Notes: generated by a model not told the origin, from the letters alone. Numbered from the stretch's first letter, positions 52,090 to 62,790 are shown. The stretch: 64,000 nucleotides of DNA from an uncultured cyanobacterium (GCA_963749915.1 CAVVOP010000011.1:23360-87359), one strand, 5' to 3'. Translations and numbers: made by a program.

Positions 52090-53178
52090 TTAAACAAAAA
52101 TTGCCCCGTCCATAATTAATTCTTGTTTTTTCTCCTCATCTAAACCTAAATTATTACTAAAAATAGTGCCTTTAACATTAGTTTGACCTAGACTGGTATT
52201 TTGTAAATTAGTATTAGTTAAATTGGCATTACTTAAATTTGCACCGATAACATTAGCTAAAGCTAAACTAGCACTTTGTAAACTAGCATTTTGTAAATTT
52301 GTACCTTCTAAATAAGCACCACTTAAGTCAGCACCATTAAGTTTAATATACTGTAAATTAGCCTCACTTAAGTCAGTATCGGTTAAATCGGCACCTCTGA
52401 GATTAGCGGCGGCAAAATTAGCACTACTCAAATTTAATCCACTTAAATTAACAGCGGTTAAATCTCCTCCAGCAAAGTCTGTTAAAGGATTTAAACATGC
52501 TATTTGGGCTAATTCTGTGAAACTATTTTTATTGTTTTGATAAATGATTTGGATCGTTTTCTTCAAGTCAAGACTTTCCTTTTCAATAATATTAGCTTGT
52601 TGTTGATGAAGTAAATTAGGGGTAAAATCTAAATCCTCAGACCCAAAAATTGCTTGAGAAATGTAAGGTTTTAATTGGGTATTTTCGATAAACTTTGCTA
52701 ATTTACGCTCTAAAATAGCATGTTTATTAGGGCTAATATCATGAAACCATAAACCTTCAATATCTGTTAAGAAAACATCAGCTTTGTCTGCTAAAATTTG
52801 ACCTGTTAATTGATAAGGATAGCCTTGAATTTCTAAAACTCCCAACTTAATATTTATCAAATCACCTTGTAAAAACTTGCCGTCGGCGGTGTTCCTTATT
52901 TCCCACATTGGTTGAGGGGAAAAAATATTATCTATAAAAGTAATTAAAGGGGAATTTAAGGACGACTTTTCGACAAGGATCAGATTATTTAAACTTAATG
53001 ATAACTTGCTTGATCTAAGACTAAATTTTACTTTTCCTTCTAAAATTTCTTCCTGTTGTTGATTATATTTGAGATTAATATATAGCTCAAATTGATTGTC
53101 AATATTAGCTTTAGGAATAATTTGTAATTCCATCAATAGGCAATCTGGACATTGATTATGAAATTCTAATAATTGCAT
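52090..53178 (-). CDS. pentapeptide repeat protein with large N-terminal domain
   Basis: C-terminal A(N/D)Lxx repeats; start 53178 or 53244. Confidence 0.85.
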   Translation of the reverse strand: MQLLEFHNQCPDCLLMELQIIPKANIDNQFELYINLKYNQQQEEILEGKVKFSLRSSKLSLSLNNLILVEKSSLNSPLITFIDNIFSPQPMWEIRNTADGKFLQGDLINIKLGVLEIQGYPYQLTGQILADKADVFLTDIEGLWFHDISPNKHAILERKLAKFIENTQLKPYISQAIFGSEDLDFTPNLLHQQQANIIEKESLDLKKTIQIIYQNNKNSFTELAQIACLNPLTDFAGGDLTAVNLSGLNLSSANFAAANLRGADLTDTDLSEANLQYIKLNGADLSGAYLEGTNLQNASLQSASLALANVIGANLSNANLTNTNLQNTSLGQTNVKGTIFSNNLGLDEEKKQELIMDGAIFV

Positions 53179-53351
53179 CGTAATCTCGTTTGAACTATTA
53201 TGTAAATAAGTTTGATTCTTAATTCTCTTTAAACACAATATCATCTCAGGTTATGATACTCAAGACAATATCTGTATTGTTTACTTGACTCAACATTGTT
53301 TACTTGACTCAACAAAAAAAGCGTACTTATCCTTAATTAATTGAAACAGAA

Positions 53352-54341
53352 ATGACTGCTATACCTTGGACAAGAAAACATATTATTTCCTTAGAAGATT
53401 TTACCGTAGATGAGTATAATGCTGTTTTAACCACCGCTTGTAGTTTTCAGGATGTCCTACAAAGTCGCACAAAAAAAGTACCCGCATTACAAGGGCAAGT
53501 TATCGCTAATATGTTTTTTGAGCCTTCTACTCGTACCCGTAGTAGTTTTGAACTAGCAGCTAAAAGGCTTTCCGCCGATATTCTCAATTTCGCCCCTAGT
53601 AGTTCTTCTTTAACTAAGGGCGAGACAATTTTAGACACCGCCAAAACTTACCTAGCGATGGGGGCAAATATTATGGTAATTCGTCATAGCCAGTCGGGAG
53701 TACCTTTAAATATTGCCTTGGAAATGGATAAACTAAAATCAGGGGTAAGTATTTTAAACGCTGGTGACGGTTTACATCAACACCCCTCTCAAGGTTTATT
53801 GGATTTATTTACCATTTGTGCGTTATTAGATGGCAAAAATCCGCAAATATCTTTATTAGAAGGCAAAAAAATTGCCATCGTCGGGGATATTTTACATTCT
53901 CGGGTGGCTCGTTCTAATATTAATAGTTTATTAGCGGGAGGAGCAGAGTTACATTTAGCCGCACCTCCCACTCTCTTACCTGCTTTATTCGCTGAAACTA
54001 TTATTCCTACTTATAAAGATCGCTTATTTTTGCATTGGCAGTTACCACCCGCTTTAGATAAGGCAGATTTTGTGATGACCTTAAGATTACAAAAAGAACG
54101 CATGACGGATTATCTTTTACCCAGTTTACGGGAATATCATCAATTATTTGGCATTACTTACGATCGTTTACAGTTGTGTCAACCTCATGTTAAAGTATTA
54201 CATCCCGGACCTGTCAATAGAGGGGTAGAGATTAGTTCTGATTTAATGGATGATCCCCTGTTTAGCCTAATTTCCGATCAAGTTACTAATGGGGTGGCTG
54301 TGCGTATGGCTCTGTTATATTTAATCAGTACTTCAAAATAA
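53352..54341 (+). CDS. pyrB: aspartate carbamoyltransferase catalytic subunit
   Basis: [16 protein letters not shown]. Confidence 0.96.
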   Translation: MTAIPWTRKHIISLEDFTVDEYNAVLTTACSFQDVLQSRTKKVPALQGQVIANMFFEPSTRTRSSFELAAKRLSADILNFAPSSSSLTKGETILDTAKTYLAMGANIMVIRHSQSGVPLNIALEMDKLKSGVSILNAGDGLHQHPSQGLLDLFTICALLDGKNPQISLLEGKKIAIVGDILHSRVARSNINSLLAGGAELHLAAPPTLLPALFAETIIPTYKDRLFLHWQLPPALDKADFVMTLRLQKERMTDYLLPSLREYHQLFGITYDRLQLCQPHVKVLHPGPVNRGVEISSDLMDDPLFSLISDQVTNGVAVRMALLYLISTSK

Positions 54342-54644
54342 TAGACTTCTTACAGAAGTAGGGCAAGGGGTAAGGAATGCCATTCACTCCTATATTAGAC
54401 CTCTTGCAAAAGTCAAAAAATCTGGCCGTCAGAGGGGTCAGAAGTCAGAAAGGACCAGCGGGAGCATCCAAACAGAAACCTACGGTTTCGCTGAAATCCA
54501 TATCCCATTTGACTTTTAAACTCTAAAAATCCGAGTAATATTTTCGGAGCTGCGGTAGTCTAGTGCAGATTTTCAGCGGTAGAATGAGGGTTTCAGGCTA
54601 TAGATCAAGAGGTTTGAACACTACTTTTCTCAAAACCGTAGGTT

Positions 54645-54862
54645 CCTGGGCAAATGCCCCCGCTAGTCCAATCTGGGCCGCGCTGATTCTTGGAGCCATA
54701 TGGGGGCTGTGGCATTTGCCTGCCTTCCTCTTGAGCGGAACCCAGCAGAGTGAGTGGTCGTTCACGGCATTCTTTGCTGGATGCTTGGCGATAAGCGTCA
54801 TCGCGACTGCACTGTTCAATAGGTCGCGTGGCAGCATTCTGCTGTCGGCGTTCTTCCATAAT
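54645..54862 (+). pseudogene. CPBP/CAAX (Abi) protease C-terminal fragment
   Basis: WGLWHLP and FNRSRGSILLSAFFH; GC-rich; N-terminal EE motif missing. Confidence 0.75.
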
Positions 54863-55086
54863 AAGTTAAAAATTTATTACTGAAAGTTAAGAAAAATAAT
54901 TGTCAATTTTCTCAGTAATTATTTTTATAGCAACGGACAGGTTAGAAAGACTTCTAGGATTTATAAATTGCAAGTGTTTTCGGAGTTTGACAAAAGAGGG
55001 TTATTTTAGTGAGTCAGATTGTACAAAATGGTGTCATAAATCGCTCAAAGTTTACAAAAGACAATGAATATTCATATGAGCTAATA

Positions 55087-55536
55087 TTAATTGATTTTCC
55101 ATTTTTCTACGTTGAAGTTGGCAACGGTTTTAATTCTGTCAAAATCAGTGTCGTTTGAAACTATGGTTAAATTATCATCAACAGCAATTGCACTTATCCA
55201 TAAATCATTTTCATCAAATCCTAACTCAGTTATTTTAGTTTTTTTGCGTTTGTTTTTTTCTTTAGGTGCGTATTTATTAATTAAATAGGCTTTAATTTGT
55301 CCATAAATTTTACTGGTTTTATCATCGATATAATAGACTCTAATATCATCTAAAAACTGATTAACTAAGGTTAAATTAGCTTCTTTATATTTAGATTTTT
55401 CTACCATATAATAAAGCTCACCAACTGTTATTATGCTGATAGCTGTATTAATTTCTTTGACTGCTTTTATATGAGCAATAATAATCGGATTTTCTTGAAT
55501 AACTAAGCTAAAAATATTGGTATCTAATAGGTACAT
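55087..55536 (-). CDS. vapC: VapC/PIN toxin
   Basis: YLLDTN, ITVGEL, NDLWI.A.A, VSND.DF. Confidence 0.92.
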   Translation of the reverse strand: MYLLDTNIFSLVIQENPIIIAHIKAVKEINTAISIITVGELYYMVEKSKYKEANLTLVNQFLDDIRVYYIDDKTSKIYGQIKAYLINKYAPKEKNKRKKTKITELGFDENDLWISAIAVDDNLTIVSNDTDFDRIKTVANFNVEKWKIN

Positions 55537-55539
55537 TAT

Positions 55540-55818
55540 TTATTGAAAAGGATTGATACGATTATTAATTTTGACTTTACCTCTATTTTCATAAACTGAT
55601 TGAAGACAATCTTCTAAATCATCTCCTACCCATTTACCAGCGTGACGTAAATAAGAGTTTCCAGAGGCTGGTTTATAATTAATTGGCTCTATTTTAGTCT
55701 CTTCTTTTTGTTTAATAAATTCGATAAATTCAGCCACTAATTCGAGATTTTTAGACGAAATTATTGATAAGTTTTCATCTATTTTTTTTCTAATATCGTT
55801 ATCTGTAATAGTACTCAT
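55540..55818 (-). CDS. putative antitoxin
   Basis: Small gene ending 3 nt upstream of vapC; L..VAEFIEFI and AGKW.GDD. Confidence 0.75.
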   Translation of the reverse strand: MSTITDNDIRKKIDENLSIISSKNLELVAEFIEFIKQKEETKIEPINYKPASGNSYLRHAGKWVGDDLEDCLQSVYENRGKVKINNRINPFQ

Positions 55819-55886
55819 GTTAAAATCCTCTTTTCATTAATTGGTTAGAGACTAATTAGCCGTTACTCCTAAACAAACATTCTACT

Positions 55887-56394
55887 CTACACGGCTGATT
55901 TTAATATTCTTCTTACCTGAGTATCACTCCAGTTAATTAAACCTTGCTTAGTCTGATATTTTCCTGTTAATTTCTTAGCGGACAGCTTCGCTGTGCCTTT
56001 GGCATCGCAGTATTTCCTAAACCTTCTCCTTTTAATTTCTTAATCTCGATTACAGCTTCATCAAAAGATTTAACCTCGCAGTTATCTACTAATTCTAATG
56101 CTTTATCGCCCTTAGCTACTTTAATATTATTTAACTCCTCGTTGCTGGTATCTATAGGCTCAAAGTCTTCTATACTAAACACTTCCTTTATTGCCTCGGT
56201 CTGGTTTTATCTCCCAATTTATCGGATTCAGCCGTGCCTTGATTAATCGCTTTCAATCCTAAGTTAATTAAGTCAAGGATAATAGGAGATACGGAGACTT
56301 TGGGCTGAATCAAATTGCCTTCTTTATCTTTTTTGAGGCTACCATCACGATTAGGTTTTGTGGTAGGTGAGAAGGGTAATTTATTGGCGATCGC
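55887..56394 (-). pseudogene. disrupted plasmid-type protein with C-terminal HTH-like segment
   Basis: Reconstructed across a frameshift (~56200) and a 23-nt insertion: AIANKLPFSPTTKPNRDG...EGLGNTAIAKKLTGKYQTKQGLINWSDTQVRRILKSAV. Confidence 0.55.
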
Positions 56395-56777
56395 TATCTG
56401 TGTTTAGCGATCTCATTATTACTCCACTGACTCCATTCGGAGTCTTCCAGAAGTCTCATTACTGCTCGCCGCTTATCAGCATTGGTACGTCTCAAACCAT
56501 GCTTGGCATTAGCACCCACAGAATAAAGGACAGCATCACGCCTTGTCCCCTGCTTAACTATGGCAGCTATTTCGGTAAGTCCTGCCTTGAGTGCCGCTTT
56601 ATCTCGGTGAAAACCATCAGCAAGCCAGTGAAATTCCCCATCATAAAAAACAGTAACTGGAGGAAAGCGATCGCCGTTCTTCATATCCTCGGCATACTCA
56701 ATTACCGTTTCATCATTGATAGAGGCTCTGGGTTGAGTCCCACCATCACGGCGTATTTGCGATAAACAGAGCATTCA
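56394..56777 (-). pseudogene. ParB/Srx N-terminal domain protein, truncated
   Basis: RRDGGTQPR, FPPVTVF, LADGFHR, N..HGLRR; ends at the start of the HTH. Confidence 0.75.
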
Positions 56778-56818
56778 TTATTGGCTGATTAAACGGGGGT
56801 TGCTTCTCACTGTTTAAT

Positions 56819-59383
56819 CCCACATTCCGCACGTCACTTTGTAAGATGATAAAAGTATTAAAACCAAGCAACTTATTTTGGACAAAATATAAGTAATAAT
56901 ACTCAATATCTTCTTTATTCGCGTTTTGTACTTGCGAACTTTGCTCAAATTAAAATCTCATTGTCAATAACTTCACCTTTAATGAGAATAAATAAACAGA
57001 GCAAATCTATCAGTTTTCTCTTCTTTATTTATGGTATTATAATTGAGAATGTTTAGACTCTTAAATCCCATAAGTTATCCAGATAAAATATAATAATTAT
57101 GACAAGAAATCGGGAAAAAACTTAAAATTAGTTTTCGTTCATTTGTTAGATTTACTATCTGTTTTATTCCTTGATTTATTACTAAATGAATCCCCTGAAA
57201 ACATTGAAATATCCATCTTAACGTTGGACGTTCCGTTAGTTTTCCCAGCTGATTTTTTATCCCCGTTTTTCTCTCCTTTAATAAGCGACGCACTTCTCTT
57301 TGCCCCAAAGAATATACTAACAGACATAACCCCAAAAACACATTGCCATTGTTTCGATTCTTTTTGGGGTTTTTAAAAACACACTATCGGCAAAAAATAA
57401 TGGATCTTTCAGAAAACTAAAACCTCTTTCTGCGGCTTGTTGCTCTTTATACTTAATTAAAATCTCATCGGAACTAAATTTACTTTTATCTAATCTATTT
57501 TGTTAATGTTTCTTCTGCTTTTTCTTTTTCTTTCTCTATTTTTTTTCTCAGCTTTTCGAGATTTGATTTCTTTCTTTTTTCACTTTCTATTACTAACCAT
57601 CTTTGCTCAATTTCTGCATAATTATTTTTCACTTCGCACCATAAATATCCCTCTAAACTGCTGGGAGTAAAATCAGATTCACCCAGTTCTGAAACTAAAT
57701 TGAGGGCATCTTTTATTGATAAGCTAAGACGCATCAATCTAGGATATAATTTAAGTCAGAAAATATTAAGATGAAAATCCATGCCTATTAAAAACTTTTT
57801 GTCGGATGAAGAAAAAAAATATCTCCAAAATTCCTTAAAAACGGAAAATAGATCAGAAGTTAGGCAAAGGATTTTGATATTTTTATTAGAAAATGATGGC
57901 AAAAATTATCAACAAATAGCAGATTTTTTAGGTTGTTCCACAAAAACAGTAGCGTATTGGGCAGTGCATGGTAATCCTAATAATGTAGATTCATTACAAG
58001 AGAAGATTTAGGATATGAATTTGGGCGATGGACAGGGAAAAGATTGTCAGAACATCTCGAAAAAGAAACAGGAATTAAATTAAGTAAATCACAAATAGCG
58101 AGAATATTAAAAAGAAAAAAGTATAGTTATATTTGGGGAAAATATAGTTTGGAAGATAAGCAAAATAAAGAAGAAAGAAAGGCATTTAAAGAAAAATTAG
58201 AAGATTATATAAAAATAAGTAAAGAAAATCAGGAATTACTCCAGATATGGTTTTGGGATGAGTGTGGTTTTAGTTTAAGGGTAATAAGAAGAAAAACATG
58301 GACAAAAAAAGGAAAGAGAAAAAAAATCAAGGGACAAAGAAGAAGAGGAAGAGTAAATATCATGGGAGGCTTAAGATATTCAGATAAAAAAAGACTGTGC
58401 TTTATGATAGAGAAAGGGAACTCAGAAACATTTTATGAGAAAATAGAAAAGTTAAAAGAAGAAGTAAAAAAAGAATGGATAAGTAAGGGAAATAATGAAA
58501 AAGATTTTGAAAAAAAAGGACCAAAAATAATAATAATTTTAGATAATGCGAGTTTCCATAAAAAGAAAGAAATAATAGAAAGAATAGAAACAAATTTATC
58601 AAATATAAGATTAGAGTATTTACCAGTATATAGTCCAGATTATAACTTAATAGAATTAGTATGGCATTCGGCTAAAGAATTTATAGCTCATCGAGATTTT
58701 GAAAATAAAGAACAATTAGCAAAAACAGTGAATCAATTATTAAATGAAGGAGGTTTAGTGATTAATTGGAGCAAAAAAATCAAGAATAAGGGTGAATTAA
58801 TAAATGTAAGTTAAATGCGTCTTAGCTTAATGGAACTCTCGATAACCATTCTATTCCACTCATCAATTTGAGGTTATTTTCTGTATATAAGGTACTATCA
58901 CTTACTATCATCGTCTCAAAATCTATCATTGATTTGTATTCTTTCGCTATTTTGCCGAAAACTGCTTTATCATTTTCATTGCCATCTGCTACTCTTAAAA
59001 ATAAAGGAATATCACCATCACTACTCACAATTAAATCCAAAATAAATTGTTTTAAATCTGGTCTATGGTCACGGGAATAACCTTTAATTATCTTAATTGG
59101 AATTTGATTAATTAACTCTAATTCTGCATTTTCTTTCACCAAGTTTTTGGTGATTTTTTCCTGACTATATTTCCCCTCTACCGCAAAAGAAGTTGAATCT
59201 AAATGAGAAAAATCTATGTTGATATTATATTTTTTTACTGTGGCTAAAGCAATAATTAAAAATAATGAAGATAATCCTTTTTCATAAAGTTTGTCCATTA
59301 TTCTTCCAATTCTATCATCGTTCAAATGCTCAAGTAGTATTCCTTTTCCGATTAAATGTTCTGTGGCTTTGTCTTTAAAAAAC
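56819..59383 (-). mobile_element. IS1634-family element, 5'-truncated, internally deleted and interrupted by IS630
   Basis: Fragments LNDDRIGR, HLDSTSF, GYSRDHRPDLKQ, ERGF.FLKDP, PTLRWIFQCF; end CCCACATTCCG. Confidence 0.9.
57722..58827 (+). mobile_element. IS630-family element with broken transposase
   Basis: Terminal inverted repeats AGCTAAGACGCAT/ATGCGTCTTAGCT flanked by duplicated TA; DECGF, LDNASFH, YSPDYNLIE. Confidence 0.92.
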
Positions 59384-59515
59384 TATCGAAGTTGGAATTT
59401 TTATCAGCAAAAAAGTTGGCGGTCTCGCAGAGCTAGTGCCTACGGCACCGCCGATGACATAAGGATGGCAGAATCCAGATTTGGCAAAAGTTTTCCGAAA
59501 GTTCCAGAAGAGCGA

Positions 59516-59834
59516 TAACTATCCTTTTCCTTACGTTTCCCTCCAAGAACAAACCCAAATCGTCCAAGAAATCGAATCAAGATTATCAATATGTGACCAA
59601 TTAGAAGCCACCCTCAGCGAGAATTTAGACAAAGCCGAAGCCTTGCCCCAAAGTATCTTAAAACGTGCTTTTGAAGGTAAACTCATCCCCCAAAATCCCG
59701 ATGATGAACCCGCCAGTGAACTCCTCAAACGCATTCAACAAGACACCCCATCACCACCCAAAAAGCACCACCCAAAAACGCAAACCCAAAGCCCAACAAT
59801 TAGAACTCGATGTCAATTAAAACCTCTCCCCTAA
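59516..59834 (+). pseudogene. hsdS: type I R-M specificity subunit C-terminal fragment
   Basis: EQ.QIV.EIES, SILKRAFEGKL.PQ.P.DEPASELL.RI. Confidence 0.85.
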
Positions 59835-59915
59835 AAGATAGATAAAATCCGTTACTATGAATAGTGTAGAGGCATAAAACGTTCCCTTAATCCTAAAACC
59901 TAGCATTTAATCAAC

Positions 59916-60176
59916 ATGGCTCAGGCAATTCGTCAAACCACCTTCGTTCAATCCGATGGAACAATAAAAATCGACACCCCCCAACTTCCCCAAGGGGCAA
60001 AAGTGGAAGTTATTATCATCCTCGAAGACACCCCTCAAACCCTATCTGCCGAAGCCTTAGCCATAGAAAGACTGCCCCAATTAGAAAACCCCAGTCAATT
60101 AATCACCCTTATGGAAACAGACCAAGAAATTGACGAAGACGAGCTAAAACAGTGGGTTGCCAATGAGCAAAGCTAA
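59916..60176 (+). CDS. putative antitoxin (AbrB-like beta-rich N-terminus, acidic C-terminus)
   Basis: VQSDGTIKI...LPQGAKVEVIII; overlaps the downstream toxin gene. Confidence 0.7.
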   Translation: MAQAIRQTTFVQSDGTIKIDTPQLPQGAKVEVIIILEDTPQTLSAEALAIERLPQLENPSQLITLMETDQEIDEDELKQWVANEQS

Positions 60177-60483
60177 AAATCCTTATATTATTCAAAGCGT
60201 CAAAGAACTGCAAAAAGACATCTCACAATTACCAGAAAAACTGCTACAAAAATGGCAAAACTATCAAAAAATACTCGCCTTAGACCCCTATCAAACATTA
60301 GGATTTCCTAGCCATAACTTAACAGGAAAACTCAAAGGGTGTCGTGCCTTAGAAATTGACTGGAATGGAATCCCTTACCGCCTTGTTTATCGCATCCATG
60401 AAAAACCCTCCCCCAAACGAGTCATTATCCTCAGCTTTGCCGAACATGACCCAGCTTATGAAAAAGCCAAAAAACGCAAATAA
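60163..60483 (+). CDS. RelE/ParE superfamily toxin
   Basis: HNLTGKLKGCRALEI...YRLVYRI...VIILSF..HD..Y; basic ~106 aa. Confidence 0.78.
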   Translation: MSKAKNPYIIQSVKELQKDISQLPEKLLQKWQNYQKILALDPYQTLGFPSHNLTGKLKGCRALEIDWNGIPYRLVYRIHEKPSPKRVIILSFAEHDPAYEKAKKRK

Positions 60484-60507
60484 AACCCTAAAAGTGAGAC
60501 TAACCCC

Positions 60508-60949
60508 ATGAATACCGCCTCAATTGTGTCCAAAGTATGGAGTTTCTGTAACACCCTGCGGGATGATGGAATCAGTTACGGCGACTACCTTGAACAACTT
60601 ACCTACCTCTTATTCCTCAAAATGGCGGATGAATACGCCAAACCCCCCTATAACCGTCAAACAGGCATCCCCGATGATTATAACTGGCAAACCCTCCCCA
60701 GTAAACGCGGGTTAGACCTCGAAGCCCATTACCTAGCCACATTACGGGAATTAGGACACAAAAAAGGGTTATTAGGGCAAATCTTCACCAAAGCTCAGAA
60801 TAAAATCCAAGACCCTGCTAAACTGCTCAAAATCATTACCATGATAGACGATGAAGACTGGGTAATGATGGGCGTAGATGTTAAAGGTGAAATATACGAA
60901 GGACTCCTCGAAAAGAACGCCGAAGACACCAAAAGCGGTGCAGGACAAT
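60508..60949 (+). pseudogene. hsdM: type I R-M methyltransferase N-terminal fragment
   Basis: VWSFCNTLRDDG, YLEQLTYLLFLKM, GEIYEGLL; breaks at GAGQ just before the expected YFTPR. Confidence 0.9.
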
Positions 60950-61373
60950 CTATGACTCTTAAAAAGGCCTCGTTAATACCTTCAATTACCTCGATAGATT
61001 TTTTTCTTCCGCCTCCTTTTTCTCTGATACGATCTTCATTGATTAATTCGGTGGATTCTAAGTCTGACAACCCTCTTTTGATTGTATCCGGACGACATCC
61101 GAATAGCCTGACGATATAACTTATGCCTCCATACCCCAATTTTTCAGCTTCTATGGCTGCATAACGCCTTCGCTCTTTTTCTGATAGACTATTATAGTAT
61201 CTAATCATTTTTTCTTCTATTTCTTCGGGATAGGGTTGTATTTGTCTCATTACTCTCTTTCTACTACATCAGCTATTTTGCCATATTGCTTAAGCAAATC
61301 TCTTTTCTAAAACTTTACCATTTTATTTAATCTTCATTCCTAACCATTTATTAAAAAACTTTTTGCCAGATTC
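60950..61373 (-). mobile_element. ISAzo13-family left end and transposase N-terminal fragment
   Basis: LSEKERRRYAA.EA..LGYGG, RIR..GGGRK; probable end GAATCTGGCAAAAAG. Confidence 0.75.
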
Positions 61374-61858
61374 TACTTAATAATACGACTAATTTTCAAA
61401 GGAAAATCTGGTATTAACTCGGAATTTTTTAATTCCTCTTTTTTATTATAAAATCTCATGTTACCTTCTCGATCGCAAAACCAAACTTCCTGAGCTTGAG
61501 CTTGAAAATATAAGTCCATTTTTAATCTCATTTCGCCTTCACTATTACTGGAAGATATAATTTCAACGCAAATTTCTGGAGCGATACTAGCAGTTATTTC
61601 ATCTTCAATCATAGCTAATCTTTCCTCTGAACACCATACCACATCGGCAACTTTAGTATTATCAAGGGTTTGAATAGCACATTCAGGAAAAGCGAATCCA
61701 TTAGTAGATATAGAGTTTATTAATTGAGCAATTATTCCTTGATAATAAGAGTGTTTAATTTTTGCTGGACTCATAATAATTTGTCCCCATTTATTTAACT
61801 CTATTTTATAAGGTAAATTAGTTAAGTTTTTGTCTTCACAAATGTCTTGCCATTTCAT
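61373..61858 (-). CDS. Uma2 family endonuclease-like protein
   Basis: YKIELN..G.IIMSP, KVADV, APEICVEI.S. Confidence 0.88.
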   Translation of the reverse strand: MKWQDICEDKNLTNLPYKIELNKWGQIIMSPAKIKHSYYQGIIAQLINSISTNGFAFPECAIQTLDNTKVADVVWCSEERLAMIEDEITASIAPEICVEIISSSNSEGEMRLKMDLYFQAQAQEVWFCDREGNMRFYNKKEELKNSELIPDFPLKISRIIK

Positions 61859-61863
61859 AATAT

Positions 61864-62420
61864 TTAGTACTTTGTTTTTCGTAGTCCTTCGTCTCGGATA
61901 TTAATTGCCGCATTTATATCCCGATCCTGTCTTGTCTTACACTTTGGACATTGCCAATATCTTATTTCCAAAGGCAAACTTCCTACCTGGTTTAAGCAAA
62001 CATGACAGGTTTTTGAACTGGGGAAAAATCTATCCACTTTATATTAAGGTTTTCTAGCACTATAACTTGGTTGTCGTTTACTATCCTACGAGATAGCTTA
62101 TGCAGAAAGTCCTCACGGCAATTAGTATTTTTCTTATGTAATAAAGCAACTTTTAGTCTTGCTTTATGACGGTTGTTTGACCCTTTCTGTTTACGAGACA
62201 ATTGTTGCTGTTTTTTCTTTAAGTTCTTCTCATGTTTATTTAGTATTTTTGGATTATCAAATTTACTCCCGTCACTGGTAATGGCAAAATGGTTTAATCC
62301 CAAGTCAATTCCTACAGCTTTACCTTCTGAAGATAATTGAGGTTTCTGTTTCCCATCTTCAAAAAGAATAGATGCAAAGTATTGATTACAGCAATTCTTA
62401 GTAATAACGACTTTTAACAT
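61864..62420 (-). pseudogene. tnpB: IS200/IS605 TnpB, internally deleted and frameshifted
   Basis: GIDLG, LENLN, then in another frame FFPSSKTCHVC...WQCPKC...DRDINAAINI. Confidence 0.88.
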
Positions 62421-62662
62421 TTTAGGATAATGTTAGAGAGAACTTGATTTGCTATAAAGTATCTTAGCACAAATTTTTGAATTTGTATTGAGAATATTAT
62501 CTCTTTGATTATATAGAAGATATATGGTTGCAAAGAAAAATATTCCCACGACGATTCTACCATTTATGTAAATCATTTAAGATACTTAACCCCTTCAGCA
62601 CCAATACTGCGAGGGTTTTGGAAAATATAATTGTCGGCGATGGTAAGGCATTAGAATTATGA

Positions 62663-62737
62663 ATTCTAAATTCTAAATTCTAAATTCTAAATTCTAAATT
62701 TCCCGAACATAGCCTCTACAACTCCGAACCCCGAACT
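62663..62737. repeat. (CTAAATT)5 plus CCGAAC(T/C) heptamer repeats
   Basis: Seen directly; inverted match to 24108-24149. Confidence 0.88.
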
Positions 62738-62790
62738 GGTAATCTCAAAATCACGTTATGATCGGTAATAGTTTTTAATGGGTTTTTAGT

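Noticed and set aside
56367..56765. 132-aa plus-strand ORF and other short antisense ORFs in the track
   Set aside because: Shadows of recognisable genes on the opposite strand or frame
60950..61119. C-terminal part of the 203-aa HsdM ORF
   Set aside because: Read-through into the antisense strand of the ISAzo13 fragment, not a real fusion domain
61864..62420. Functional Cas12f/TnpB nuclease
   Set aside because: Large deletions, a frameshift, and no array or right end
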